Source of the DNA: Zancudomyces culisetae HAW-14-8
Lineage: Eukaryota; Fungi; Kickxellomycota
Assembly (NCBI GenBank): GCA_052426225.1
Contig: JBNJNM010000021.1
Span: 2,790,001 to 2,854,000, forward strand
DNA length: 64,000 bases
Direction: 5' to 3'
Below are positions 34,321-47,322 of the stretch, piece by piece. Each line of letters starts with the position of its first letter. Within the stretch, counting starts at the first letter, position 1. Made by a program: the position numbers and the translations under genes. The notes below the pieces were generated by a model. It was not told where the DNA came from and ran no database searches. It saw nothing but the letters and a program-made list of their open reading frames with translations.

Positions 34321-34766
34321 TAAGTCAAATTATTTTCTTTGTAGTAATGTGATATTTATTTAATAAATTATAGTGGAAAAAGTATATCGATCTAAAAACA
34401 CTATCAAACATAGCTATCTATTAAGCTCACTATATTTTAAAGCTTGATTGCTATTACAAAGATTCTTATACACCCATGGCCCGCAAACCTCTACAACATT
34501 CTTTTTTTTGCAAAGGGCATAGCTATGGTATTCAGAGGATATTCTCAGGTGTATCTATTAGATACCCAGCTAGGTGTGGCTGTCTTGTGTCTACACAAAT
34601 ATGATTTCTACATACTATATCCGTTGATACCTTTTCAACGTTGTATCATAGTTCAATTAAATCTCAGAGGTAAACTATTATTACAACACTTTTATATCAG
34701 TATATCTGCTATATACCATTTTTATAGTGTTTTTTATGAAACCAGCTTTCCCTATCCGTTTGATAT

Positions 34767-34964
34767 CTAGTAAACATAACTTCTTGCTTCACCAAGATAC
34801 CCAGGTGTAGAGTAATAGTTTGCTTTAGTCACAGGGTGGTATTTTTCGGTTATAGTCCTAGAGCTCTGGTTGCTTTTGATGCTTCCTGCAACATTCTTTT
34901 CTACGGTTTCTCTTGCAACAATGCTTTTTATGAAACTCTTTCCCAATCCACTACGGAAATCCAT
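34767..34964 (-). CDS. Orphan small protein (65 aa)
   Basis: ATG in an AAAAAAA context, minus-strand TATAAA at 35121-35116, and higher GC than the flanks. No recognisable domain. Confidence 0.5.
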   Translation of the reverse strand: MDFRSGLGKSFIKSIVARETVEKNVAGSIKSNQSSRTITEKYHPVTKANYYSTPGYLGEARSYVY

Positions 34965-35003
34965 TTTTTTTTTGTTGTATTTTATAAGTTTGTTTTTCTA
35001 TTG

Positions 35004-35007
<4 letters not shown>

Positions 35008-35037
<30 letters not shown>
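35008..35037. repeat. (TAT)10 microsatellite in the putative 5' leader of the orphan ORF
   Basis: Seen directly. Confidence 0.9.
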
Positions 35038-35038
<1 letters not shown>

Positions 35039-36554
35039 GTAATACATATATTGTAAGATGTTCTAAATCGACTTGATGATTTATTTTAAAGATGTTCAGA
35101 GAAAATAGCCTAGTATTTATACTAAAAACATCCTTGAACAGTATTCATAAACAGTTAAATTCAATGAACCCGCAGCTAGTGTTTTATTAAAGTTGAGTAT
35201 ATTACAGATATGTCCATTCCAATGTCACCAATATACCGCAGTATTAAACTAAATTCTGTATACTAAAGATGTCATGAAGTAGTTTGATGGTTTTGCTGAC
35301 AAATTGCAAACCTCCTGTGACTAGAACAAGACAACAAAAGATAATAAAATATACAATATTTAGTAAAAATTGTTTCTTTACCGTGGGAATCACATCTAAA
35401 GTTTACTTGAATTAAATAATTTAGCTAAAAGTACATTGTTAATTACAATATGAGATGTTTTTCAGTCACTTATTATGTCGTCTTTGTAAGGTGTTATGAG
35501 CAACAGAACCACAACCAGGTTTATTTTATTATTTTCAGAGTGTTTCGTTTCCACCATGAAGAAAGTGGTGTAGTAGTGTGTCATCTAGATACGTAAATAC
35601 ATTGTGTGATCTGTGCCTGCGCAGTGTTCTTCAAAATATCGATCCATTTTAGCTACCTATCCTTGTAAATGTCTTTTTTTTTCTTTAGTCAATGTGCAAT
35701 AGATTAGTAATACGATTTCAACCATCAACATTATTACCAGATAGTTTATTCCAGCCAATTGCATGTAAATACTGGGCAAATAATCTGCTCAACACCAACT
35801 ACAAATGAGATCCTCTGACCTCTCACCCATGAGATTCCATTCCATTCCACTCCATACACATTCACCATTGGTTCGGGGGAAACAGTTTGTTAGTAAAGCA
35901 CTCTGTGGGTAAGGAAAGTTAATGTACTCGAATTTAAAAATACAGAATAACTGCGGAAAGGGCAATTCCAGAATAGAGATCCCCACCTCCCCAATCCTTA
36001 TACTATTCCCTTTGCAAAATAATAGACTCCGCAGTAAATATAATAATAATTGGGCGTTTTTATATATTGTGGTGAAAACCACTTTTCATAAGATTTACTT
36101 GTACTTTTGCACTTGTTTTATGGAATCGCATAACATATAATTACAACTGAAAATTAAAGTATGCTCATTGTAGATAGAAATGGGCAAATCTTGACCAAAT
36201 TCTGGAATATGGCTTGTGTGTACATCATTGTTAACCATGCTCAAAACAGTGTAAAAACATGCTCCCAATCATGTTGTTCATTAATCAAGTCAACGTGATA
36301 TCCTGAAGAATTGACATACTTTGATTTATAAATTATGGGAGTGTATGTTTGTATGTATGTATATATGTATAAATGTATGTATGCCTTTGAACAGCGGATA
36401 AAAGAAAAAAGAGGCGGTGAAAAGTATATCCAAACAAAGAAATGAACCCAGTATAATCAACCGAAATTTACAACTAAAGCTCTCCTCCCCCTCCCCCATC
36501 AAGGTATAAATATCAAGTCCCATACCGGCTATTATATTATATTTTTTGCTAGTT

Positions 36555-37964
36555 TTACAAGTGTTTGTATGCATCCATGAATTCGGGTAACAGGAATGAT
36601 TTATGAGTATCATCCAATTTGTAAAGCCCAATCTTTCGAGTTTCAGAATCATAGTATAGCCGGTATACAATGTCTGGATCATTTTGGGTAATTTCGGACT
36701 TGAGCATTTCCAATACAGAAACTCCGACATTCAACATTACCTTGTAATCCTAAGAACATAGAAAAAAACAGAGTTGATAAAATATCAACGTGAAAATGAT
36801 GATGATAGTGATAGTAATAGTGATATGAAGGTTTACCCATAGTTTCCTTTTTGAACAAGCTAGTCGTGGAATATCGTTTGTATTAAAAACCTTGACATCT
36901 CGAAGAACTAAATGGTCATCACGAAAACCGACAACAATCTTTGGAACTCCCGACAAATAACTCTGAATCCAAAACTTGATCATTTTGTACCTATATTTAT
37001 ACATTTAATATATAATTATAATTATATATATATATATATATACAAAAGAAAGAGAGAAAAAGACGAGTTACCTGTTAAACGAGTATTCGTCACGTTCCGA
37101 TCGAATAAGTTTGGATGTCTTGAGTTCGACATACTTTGAATTTGGATAGGTATGCGGTTTTTCTCCATCAACACAGTCCACTTCGGCAGCAATTAGCATA
37201 TTGAACTGCGAGAATTTAGCAGTGAATACAAAACTATATTCTTCAATAGAATTGACTGGTGGCGGAACTGGAGTACCATCAGCCTCGGCTGGCGACTCTT
37301 GCTGTTGCTGTTGCTGTTGTTTTTGTTGTTGCCGTTGTTGTGAGCGTTGTGAATGCGGTTGTGGGGTATCCATTGTACCATACTGTTCAAATTTATATCC
37401 GGAATACATAAATTTAAGTGATCGTTCATCTAAATCCACAACACGAGCAATATCCTGTTCCGTCAAATTATTTTCGATAAACAACGTGCCATTAAATCGT
37501 ACGACATTCATGCTCCATGACTCATTCATCGAATATGGCGTAAGCAGGATTTTGGACATCATCCCACGGTACATTACAAAGTCCGGCTTTTTAGCGCGAA
37601 GATTGGACCCGAAATCTGCCTTGTTCTGCAAACAGTACGTCAGGTGCGTTAGAATATGGTCCAAATGCTCATTCGTGGGCACTTTTCTGTATATCCACGA
37701 GTCAAATCCAGCCGACAAATCATAGTTCTGGCCCCGTGACTTTGAAATGTGTTCGATTTCTGTATTGTAGTACTTTAATTTTTCATCGGTGTTGACCACC
37801 TGGCGTTGGGAATCCAGGCTGAAACTCGAAATCTCGGTTGGGTATGAGTATGAAAAGTTTGATGGCTGTGTATGGGTGTTGTTTTTGTGGTGTCGGTTGC
37901 CATGGTGGTGCTCAAATCTTGTGAAATTTGAAATGTTGATCGTCCGTAATAGATCCTTACTCAT
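36555..37964 (-). CDS. RAI1: RAI1/DXO decapping exoribonuclease; exons 37964-37072, 36990-36837, 36749-36555
   Basis: Motifs YRGMMSKIL, FMYSGYKFE, AEVDC, YVELKTS and KFWIQSYLSGVPKIVVGFRD. Two GT-AG introns (81 and 87 nt) join the frames. Gln-rich insert. Confidence 0.93.
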
Positions 37965-38209
37965 TCTTGTGTATATTAATTTAATTTAATTTGTTTTGTT
38001 TTGTTTACTTTTGTGGAAGTTGGTAGAATGTTTAAATTTAGAAACTGGATACTTTTTTTTTAATCTGGTTTTAATCTTGGTCTGTGATTTATTTATAGCA
38101 AATTTACTAAGAAAAAGAAAAAAGAAAAAAGAAATTCAGGATAATAAACACAATATTAACTATATATTTCATTAAAATAAAGAGAAAAGAAGAAAAGAAA
38201 AGAGAAAAC

Positions 38210-38986
38210 TTATTCCCAAGCTTCATCACCAGAATCATCAGAATCATCATGATTATTAGCTCTAAATCGACCCATGTTCGAGTTGTTTCTCGCTCTATTC
38301 GGATTGTTGCTGGAAGTACTTTCTGAAGTCTGGATGTTCTTGAGAGCAGCAGCCAACTGAGCAATATCAGAATTCCTACTTCCATTCACAGTTCCAGCAC
38401 CGTTTCCATTCGCATTCGCACTACTTCTAACACTTGATGAAGGTTTTGGTGCGGATTTTACAGGATTTGGATCAAGATAATTAGAAGGAATCCAACCAGT
38501 CCGATCATCATTAACAGGACGGGCATACCACCAACCATTAGGGTTCTTTTGCAAAACTTCGTACAATTCATTGGCAACAAGAGGAACTTCAGTTGTTTTA
38601 GAAGTAGGATAATCATACAAGGACTTGTAAATTTCGTTTTGTGGAGGTGGGGGTGGTGGTGGTGGAGAGGGAAGGGATTGTTGTTGTTGGGATATAGAAA
38701 CTCTCTGTGGTCTGGCAAAAGCATTTGAAGTTGTAGATGCTGCTGCTGATGCTGATGTGGATGATGATGTGGATGGTCTGGGTTGCTGAGAAACTTCAGG
38801 AAACCCGAGCTTGGAAGTAGGTCGGAGTTGAGGAATTTTAAAGTTGGCGGATGGAGAAGATGATTTATTTGGTCGCTGGAATGTTTGGTCAAGATTTTGA
38901 CGTATTTGTTGCTGTTGTTGTTGAATTGGTTGTTGCTGTTGTTGAACTGGTTGTTGCTGTTGTTGAACTGGTTGTTGTCTAATTGG

Positions 38987-39023
<37 letters not shown>

Positions 39024-42000
39024 AACTGGATTGGTTGTGGAACAGGTCGTCGTTTTTGAATGGAAGGATACTCTTGTTGTTGTTGCTGTTGCTGTTGCTG
39101 TTGTTGCTGTTGTTGGTATTGATTCTGATTCTGATTCTGATTTTGGTTTTGGTTTTGGTTTTGGTATTGGTATTGGTTTTGACTTTGACGCCTAGTATTA
39201 CCAGTACTAATTCTACCAGTAACAATAGAAGAACGCGGCCAATACTTCAACTTCAAAGGTTTCTTTTGACCACCACCACCACCAAAAGCAAACTGTTTGT
39301 TTTGGTTTTGATTTAAAGCAGCCAAATTCTTTTTAGGCGGTGGCGGATTCGATGCACTAGTTGGACTCTGTCCAGACGCCACAGAAATGGTTTTGGACTT
39401 GAACTGCTCATAAAAGCTCGATTCATTCTTCGCAAACTCCAGCCTCGTCTGCTTCATCTTCTTGTTCTTGTAGTTTATCGGTTGTCCAACCACTACTTTA
39501 ATCCGCCCATTCGAAAGCTGCGACAAAAACGTCAACAATTCCGTCTTGAAATCTACCCGAAGAACCAAATCAGGCTGCTGTTCAACATGTAACACCAACC
39601 AACCATCCATATACGACGACACACTCACCTGTGGGATCGATACCAGAGCTGCTTTTTGATCTGGCACCACCTTCAACAACCCCCGCTCAAGATGCTGAGC
39701 CAACACATACACATGCTGCATCGTCAACACCAAAATGCGCGGACTTGGAATCGCCGACCGCATTTGTCTCGCCGCAAGCAGGTCGCAATACGACGAAAAC
39801 ACCACTCGGTCACCAGGCCGCAGATTGACCGCTGGCCGCGCCAACGCACCAACACCCGCGCTCGACCGCATAACATCAAGATAGTCGCCGTAGAACGCAC
39901 GGCAACTCACCAAGCTCAGTCTACGACGCTCCTTTCGCCCACCCAATAGCCTGGCACCATAGTCGCGGTTTTGAAGATACAACATGTTGTTTTTGTTTTT
40001 GCGGTAGGCTGATTGGATCTTTGCCGCACACTCGCTACGGAAATTGGCATACTGCCGCCAGTACCGCTGAATCCGCACCGCCATGTTGTACCAGTACTTT
40101 TCCCGTAATGATTCCAGCGCCCACAGAGTCTCTGGATGGCGAATAAACGCCTTGCTCACTCCCATCTGCCACTCCGACGCATCTATATTGGTATCCTGCA
40201 AAATCTTTATACACGCAGACTTTGCATCGCCTTTCCACGTATATTCACCCGCATACGACGTCTGTCCACTCAGCAAATAAAACCGCTCTACAAACTTGTC
40301 AAATGTCTGTCGATACGCAAACCCTGCTCTTCGAATTCGAATGTTCTCACACAATCCCAAATATTGCACCTGATGCAACACTCGTCGGTCATCGAACTCG
40401 CTCGCACTCTTGTTCTCGTTGGGTTTGATTGTCCGGATATAGCTTGGCTGCGCCTGCGACAACTTGGCCACAAGCTCGTTTGCACTTGTCTTGATCAAAT
40501 CACTTGCTGTTGGTGGCCGCCTCTTACTATCTGCAACTTGGCCGTTATCAAACAAATGCTGCAAAAACCTGTTTTTCGATCCCAAACACAAATCTAAATG
40601 GTCTCGTAACAACTGGTCTTTATTCTTGTCTGTCATTCCTGCTATCTCATACGTCACATTCCCCGCATAGTGCTTAACTGTAAACGTTCTATCTCGCTCT
40701 TCAAAATACTTGTTGCCCGATACCGACCCCAACCGCTGCTTAAACGAACTGTCAGCCGCATTTGAATCTGCATGCGCCGTCGCACACGCATCATTCATCG
40801 CTGCAAACACTCCTGGTGGCCGTTTGCCCTCTATCAGGTCACACACCACTTTGTTATTGAAATACTCTATTGGTGTCCACTTAATCTGCTCTCGCACATA
40901 CTCTTCCTGCTCGGCCTTCAATGTCAGCTCAATAAATATCTGTTGCAACTTCTCATTCACATAGTTTATACACAACTGCTCAAAACTGTTGCGCTCAAAT
41001 ATCTCAAATCCATATATATCCAACACCCCAATATTCGTTTCCGCTCCCCCCACCTGCTTCAACGCCTCGTTGGTTCGTGCCACTATCCAGTCAAACATCC
41101 GCGTATATATCGCCATCGCCAACCCATCTCGTGCCGCTATAGCCTGTGTCTCATTCAATGGCACATTATACACCGATCCTCGTCTTCCTCCTCGTGTTGT
41201 CTCTATAATCCGTGATACCAACACTCCTACCAATACATCTGCGCTCGTTTCCAACAAATACGCCAGAAAATTCACCACATCCATGTTACTCACGTACGAT
41301 TCTCCATTCTCATTCTCCTTAAACTCTACATTCCCCAACCATAGAATCGCCGCCAGTAACCGATGCACATTCTGTTGCTCATCCCTACTCATCTCTATTA
41401 TCTCCATACTCTTCAGCGCCTCTCTATACTCCCGTGCATCATCCATGTTGTTCACATCAATACATCCCGCTGCACTTGTGTATCGGTAATCCGATGGTGT
41501 TCCTATCCCAAAGTTGTCTCGATACTCCTGTGTTGCCGCTTTTGTCATCTGATAAAATATATGGAAATTTCGCTCATCTCGTATCTGTGATACCACCCGA
41601 CTCTTTTCCAACAAATAATTTGTTATTTTCGCACCAAGTGGCTCTCCTGCTCTATTGAAAAACACCTCCAAATACTTTCCGTGCCGACTGCTATTGTTGT
41701 TTCTCAACGTCTTTGCACACCCAAAACTCTCCAACAACGCATTTGTTGCAAGTACCATCTCCTTCACCTTCTGAATCGATGAACTTGATGTCCCACTCAC
41801 CGCCGCTATATATTCCAATATCCTCTTTGCTGCCTCTGTTTTACCTGCCCCTGATTCTCCTGATATGATAATGCATTGGTTGTCTTTATACGACATCATG
41901 TGTCTGTACGCTCCCTCAGCTATTGCAAACACATGTGGTGGAAGCTATATTCATCCCCATCCCCCAAAAAAAAGAAAGACGTTTTAGTACTTTTATTTTC

Positions 42001-42617
42001 TCTCTCTTTCTGTTGGATACCTTTATTTGCTAGTTCTTATCAAATATACATATGAAATACCATCTTACCTCCAATTTGTTTTTCCCTTGATATTTCTTCA
42101 TTGTTTCAGCCGTGTAAATTCCCAAGTCCTGAAATGGATTGACACTAATCAATACATTTCCTATATACGTCTATTTATTTATTTATTTTGTACATTAAGC
42201 ACTGTTAAAGTTTTTTTATTTGCTATTACTTCTTAAAATATGTACATTGTTTCTTTTTATTGATTTTACTTTGCTTTATATCTACTTATTGTATATTTTA
42301 CATAGATACAATAAAATAAAAAGAAAGACCACCTACGTATATTTCTGCATTGTAAAATCGCTTTTTCAAATTGTCGTTTATCTCTTCATTGCTAATCTTT
42401 GACAATAGCGTCATATCCGACACCCCTGCCTGCTTCTTTTTACTGACCCCATCTGTCCACGCTGCCTTCTTTGGTTTATCCCGTGCCTATTAAAATTATT
42501 AACCATTTCCAACTATTATGTCCTTATTCTAGAATTTATATTTTATTTCGCCAGAAACAACAATTTTTATTGTCTAGATATTGCCAGTATGTTTAATACT
42601 CAGCTAGTTCTTACCAT
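38210..42617 (-). CDS. MYO1: Class I myosin (fungal Myo3/5 type); exons 42617-42615 (ATG only), 42486-42337, 42170-42069, 41944-38210
   Basis: Spliced N-terminus M|[34 protein letters not shown]|[13 protein letters not shown]..|[11 protein letters not shown]-loop [12 protein letters not shown]-site Ser in RRGSVY, IQ motifs, TH1, Q/P-rich linker, SH3 and acidic tail [12 protein letters not shown]. Confidence 0.97.
38905..39180 (-). repeat. Coding microsatellites in the myosin tail: (QN)n, two polyQ runs and (PVQQQQQ)-type repeats
   Basis: (ttg)n, (ttttgg)n and (ttctga)n on the + strand. Confidence 0.9.
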
Positions 42618-44157
42618 TTGAATTCGTAATGTGTTTTTTCTTTCTTGTTTACCCTTGTTTTTTTTTTGTTTTATACTTGCTCTTTTATCCTTTTACATAG
42701 ATATATATTGATTGTTTTAACACCTTACGCACAATATATTTTTTGGAAATTTGAAACCACTTTTCTTTTTAATTTTTGTCATCAGCTTATTTAACCATTT
42801 TTTTCTCATACATTTAAATTAATTGCAAACGTATTATTTGCTGGTAGACTGAGGTTTTAAATTCCTTTTTTCTGTATTGTATCTATTTTTTTCACTACTT
42901 TTTCTTTAACTTTTAGCTATTTCTTGTTTAATGAACAAATTGGCTCGGAAGAGTGCGGTTGCCCAATAACCCTTTCTATAATTCTCTTGTTTTAAATTGT
43001 TATTATTATTTTATATAATTTATTCATTTTTCATTTTATACATCTATTTTTAAAAATCCCTGTTCTTGGGAATCTGGAAATAATGGGAAACAAGAAAACC
43101 CCCCTCCCCCCCCCCGCCCCACCTCCCAGCAACACGAAAAAGTTTCGGAGTTTCTATTTTTTTGGTTTTTGTTGCCTAGTGTTACAATTTTTGCATTAAA
43201 CTCAAAAAAAAGTCCTGGTTTATCCAATTAACTTTAATCTCCTCACCTCCCCTTCTTCCCCCCCAAAAAAAAATAATGTAATTTTTTTCATACCACAAAA
43301 TGACAATTCCTCTTCCTCCATCTACCTAAAAAAGTAAAAAAGTTACATTAAAAAAAAAAGGTTGCAAAAATACCAAGAAATTAGTGTTAGCCAAGATCAT
43401 AATTGCCCAGTTAAAAAACGATCCAATTTCTATATTTATACATTAATTCACCCCTTCTTGATAATCAAACTCAAAAAACACATGTATATATATACACGCA
43501 TGTATCACCCTCACCCATCCATTCACTCACTCATTCACTAGTTCCCATCCCTTATTTTTTTATTATAAAAAGTTCAAAAAAATCAACATTATTTGTTAAC
43601 ATGTTCTTACATATTGATTCTTGGCATCGCTTTTTTTTTCATTGATTATAAGAGTCGAGGTTAATCATATAAACCTCTATTCAACACCCATTAGTAAAAT
43701 GCGACTTTATCTTTACACATATCACTAACCTATTTTCTTTAAAAACGTACATATTCCTATTTACTTTTCTCACAATTCATTCATGCTCCCCCCTTTCCAA
43801 AAATAGAAAAAATAAACAATATGAAAACCATGGGCAAATGATGACACTTGACCATATTTAATTTTCAAAATGATCCGTATAAATGTCACCAATGCTTAAA
43901 TATTGGATCAAGATTTTTTATTAATCTAGTGTAAACATGGTTTATTTAAAACACTACATTGCAAGTGTAGGATGTGTGTGTGGTATAAATGTTATTTAAA
44001 ATTCTATTACCGTATCTAATACATCATATCCTTTCCTCCTTTCTAAATTTCACTCTCAAAATATAAATTACTACAAATGAATAATACACATTACTAAATA
44101 AAAAATAAAAAGAAAAAAAAAAATGAAGAGAAATGAAAAGGGAATCAATTTTATAAT

Positions 44158-45084
44158 TTAATCTGTCAACATATCCATGGGTACCGCCAGATCCCGCATT
44201 TTAACACCCAACTCATCTGCTATAAACCGCAAAAAGAATGCAGTTCTAGAGTAGTACGCAATCGTGTTGTACCCACATAAATTTGTGGCATATGGGTCCT
44301 TGTTTCCTCCTTTCGAAGTAATTCCTACCAGGGCCTGGATACCATTGATGGTCATAACCAACGGACCACCTGAATCACCCTGACACGAGTCATTTCCGTT
44401 GTAATTCTCCTGGCATAGCAAAGGTCCGAAATTGCTCTTCCAATTACCATTATATAATGTACAATTCGAACTAGAGGAAATATCCACCGTGGTCTTTAGA
44501 AGATTCATAGACGGCATTGGAATATTCATATTGTAAACACCCCATCCTGCCACCTGCGCCTGCATTCCAGCATCCATTCGGTAAGGATAGACTTTTACTG
44601 GTGTCGCCACGCTACTTGGAACTGGTGTGGCAAGCTTCAACAGCGCAACATCATGAGCACGGTTGCTTGCATAATCTCCTGGATTGACCTTAACTACGCT
44701 GTAGTACGACGCACCAGGAGCGTTTGGGTTTCTAAGTATGGAGCTACCTACTATCACCACCATATCTGAGGGTGCACTGAGAACTCCGTTAATAATCACG
44801 CAGTGTCCCGCAGTAACTACATATGAGTCGCTGATTAGCGCACCACCGCAGACAAACTGGTATTGTCCTTGATACTTATAAAACACCTGTGCTGCAAATC
44901 CAAACTCTCCAGAATCGGGCTGAACTCCATTTATAATATTTGGTACTATCGCTTGGTCATCATCACTGTTTTGTTTTTGGTTGGTAGAGTTGAAGAGCCT
45001 TAGTTCGGGTATTTCAAAGCTTACATTTGCTACAACTAGCTCTAGTGTTGTGATTGCAAAGCTTATAATGTGTAATATTTTCAT
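44158..45084 (-). CDS. Secreted trypsin-like serine protease 1 (intact triad)
   Basis: Signal peptide, N|IINGV, CGGALIS..VTAGHC, HDVALLKL, GWG and NDSCQGDSGGP (Asp189). Confidence 0.95.
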   Translation of the reverse strand: MKILHIISFAITTLELVVANVSFEIPELRLFNSTNQKQNSDDDQAIVPNIINGVQPDSGEFGFAAQVFYKYQGQYQFVCGGALISDSYVVTAGHCVIINGVLSAPSDMVVIVGSSILRNPNAPGASYYSVVKVNPGDYASNRAHDVALLKLATPVPSSVATPVKVYPYRMDAGMQAQVAGWGVYNMNIPMPSMNLLKTTVDISSSSNCTLYNGNWKSNFGPLLCQENYNGNDSCQGDSGGPLVMTINGIQALVGITSKGGNKDPYATNLCGYNTIAYYSRTAFFLRFIADELGVKMRDLAVPMDMLTD

Positions 45085-46425
45085 TTTACTAGTGCTATTA
45101 ATATCGATAATGAAACGTAATTAGTTGGAGGGGGAGGGAGGGAAAAAAGGTAATAAATGGTAAATTTGTTGAAATTGAGACGTATATTAAATGCGTTTAT
45201 GCTTCAAAGTAAAAGATAAATGGGGGAGGGGTAAACTTTTTATCTGAAGAGATGGAAACTTTAATTCAAGTCGCGTTTATATACAAATTTTAAGTTTGGT
45301 TGAGAAGCAAAAAAAAATTGTTTTTTCACAAACTTTATCTTCTCTGTAGACAATTATGTTTCGACCCCTCTCTTCTCCCAAATATACTACTACTTTCCTT
45401 CTTCCAACTTCAACCACTCCAATAGATACCAAGCTTCTTGGCTCGATTCTGTTTCCTACTCTACCCCCTCCCCCCTCCTCCGGTTCGTTCCGCCCACATT
45501 TCAAACCATTTTGTTAATAGCCTTATAAAGTCTCCTCCTGCTCTACCTGATTAGCCTTCGAGCTGTTAGTTTTAGGTTTCAATTATTAATACTAGAATTC
45601 CAAACAAATCGGTAAATCAAAACTGCCTCACGTTTAGTTGGTGAACTTTTTACCATTTGCTGGTATTTCCTTTTTATTTTTCCTATTTGCAATTACAAAT
45701 TTCGATGCATTCTATTAGCGTTTTCGGGAAATTCGTGCATGATTCGGAGGAAAACAAGAAAGGGCTGACAAACCAAGTTCCAATCCCCCTCTATTTTTTC
45801 TGTTGTTCATGCCCCATCTTTTTACTTGTTTTGTGCATCTCCTGATCAGTCCAGTTCTATGTAACTTTAAACCCTGAGCACGTGGTTTTTTTTTTGCAAA
45901 CACTTCAAACTTTGTACAACAGTTCCTATCTATCTTCCCTTTCTTATGTGGGTTGGTTATGACTAAACCGGTTTTCTGACAATATGTGATGTTTTCAATT
46001 TAGCATGTGCTCATAACTCAACTAGCAACAATTTTTATGGTTATAGATGAAAAAATAAAATAGTACCGTTGGTTGAACCTGGCTATTTGCTAAACGAAAA
46101 AGTAAAACAAGATCTAAAATAACACCCACTTACTGGAGGAGGAGGAGGGATCAAAAGTTATTCTATATCATGACTTTTAGAGAATATACTACTACATAAA
46201 CCCTAGCTAGCACCTGTTAAAATGATATTTATTTTATAAAATAAACGAAATATAAAACTGCACTCTATTCACTACCACTTCATTTTTGCATCTGAGTGGA
46301 TAGTAAAATTCTTCTGAGAAGATCTACTTTTATTAATAGCCTTTATCGCCTATTATAATAGTTCTGAGCCTATATCTTAATCACAAACATATTTTAATCA
46401 ATCGCAATAATCGCTTCGATACTAT

Positions 46426-47322
46426 TTAATCAGCTGTGTAAATCAAATCTCTGATAGGAACTCCAAGTTCTTTCGCTATAAACTGTAAAAAGTACGATGT
46501 TCTGGCGTAGTATGCAATTGAATTGTATCCACATTTACGGGTCGAGTTTGTTTCCTTAATTCCACCAGTAGATGTAACGCCGACCAAAACTTGTTCTCCA
46601 TTGATTTTTGTCACCAACGGACCACCTGAATCACCCTGGCACGAATCATTTCCGTTGTAACTCTCCTGGCAGATCAAAGGTCCGAAATTGCTCTTCCAGG
46701 CACTTTTATATGCTGTACAGTTAGAACTAGATGAGATATCCACAGTGGTCTTTAGCAGTCCCATAGACGGCATTGGCTCACTAGTATTAAAAACGCCCCA
46801 TCCGGCTACTTGTACTGATAGATCGTTGTTTACTCTATATGGATAAAGTTTGACTGGTTTTGCTACGCTGCTTGGAACTGGTTTTTCTAGCTTCAACAGC
46901 GCTATATCGTTGGCTTTCACGGTGCTATAGTCACCCGAATTGATTTTGACTACATTGTAGTAATCTGTTCCATTGTTGGGGTTTCCAAGAATTCGACTAC
47001 CCACTACGACTGCTAGGGTATCCGTCGTAATGTTCATTCCACTTTGGATGACGCAATGGCCAGCTGTGACTACGTACGATGGACTAATCAGTGATCCAGT
47101 GCAAGAAAAGTAGTATGTGGAATCAGATTTAAAAAATATCTGTGATGCAAATCCAAATTCGTCGGATTCTACCTCCACACCATTAATAATGTTTGTAACC
47201 AGACTAGCGTTATCGATTTCCTCGGAGTCGTAGAGTATCAAGTCTGACATCTGTATGGCGGCTTTTACGACAGCAGCTCCCAAGGCTAAAGTTCCCAAGT
47301 TTAGTATGCTAAATGATTTCAT
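46426..47322 (-). CDS. Secreted trypsin-like serine protease 2 (intact triad)
   Basis: Signal peptide, N|IINGV, VTAGHC, NDIALLKL and NDSCQGDSGGP. Confidence 0.95.
   Translation of the reverse strand: MKSFSILNLGTLALGAAVVKAAIQMSDLILYDSEEIDNASLVTNIINGVEVESDEFGFASQIFFKSDSTYYFSCTGSLISPSYVVTAGHCVIQSGMNITTDTLAVVVGSRILGNPNNGTDYYNVVKINSGDYSTVKANDIALLKLEKPVPSSVAKPVKLYPYRVNNDLSVQVAGWGVFNTSEPMPSMGLLKTTVDISSSSNCTAYKSAWKSNFGPLICQESYNGNDSCQGDSGGPLVTKINGEQVLVGVTSTGGIKETNSTRKCGYNSIAYYARTSYFLQFIAKELGVPIRDLIYTAD

Noticed and set aside
35830-35870. (CCATT)n-like pentamers resembling satellite or telomeric repeats
   Set aside because: Only about 3-4 degenerate units; an ordinary microsatellite.
38458-39316. Poly-Asn, poly-Val and poly-Leu ORFs overlapping the myosin tail, and the poly-Cys ORF antisense to RAI1 (37201-37725)
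   Set aside because: Alternative-frame or antisense readings of CAA/CAG microsatellites.
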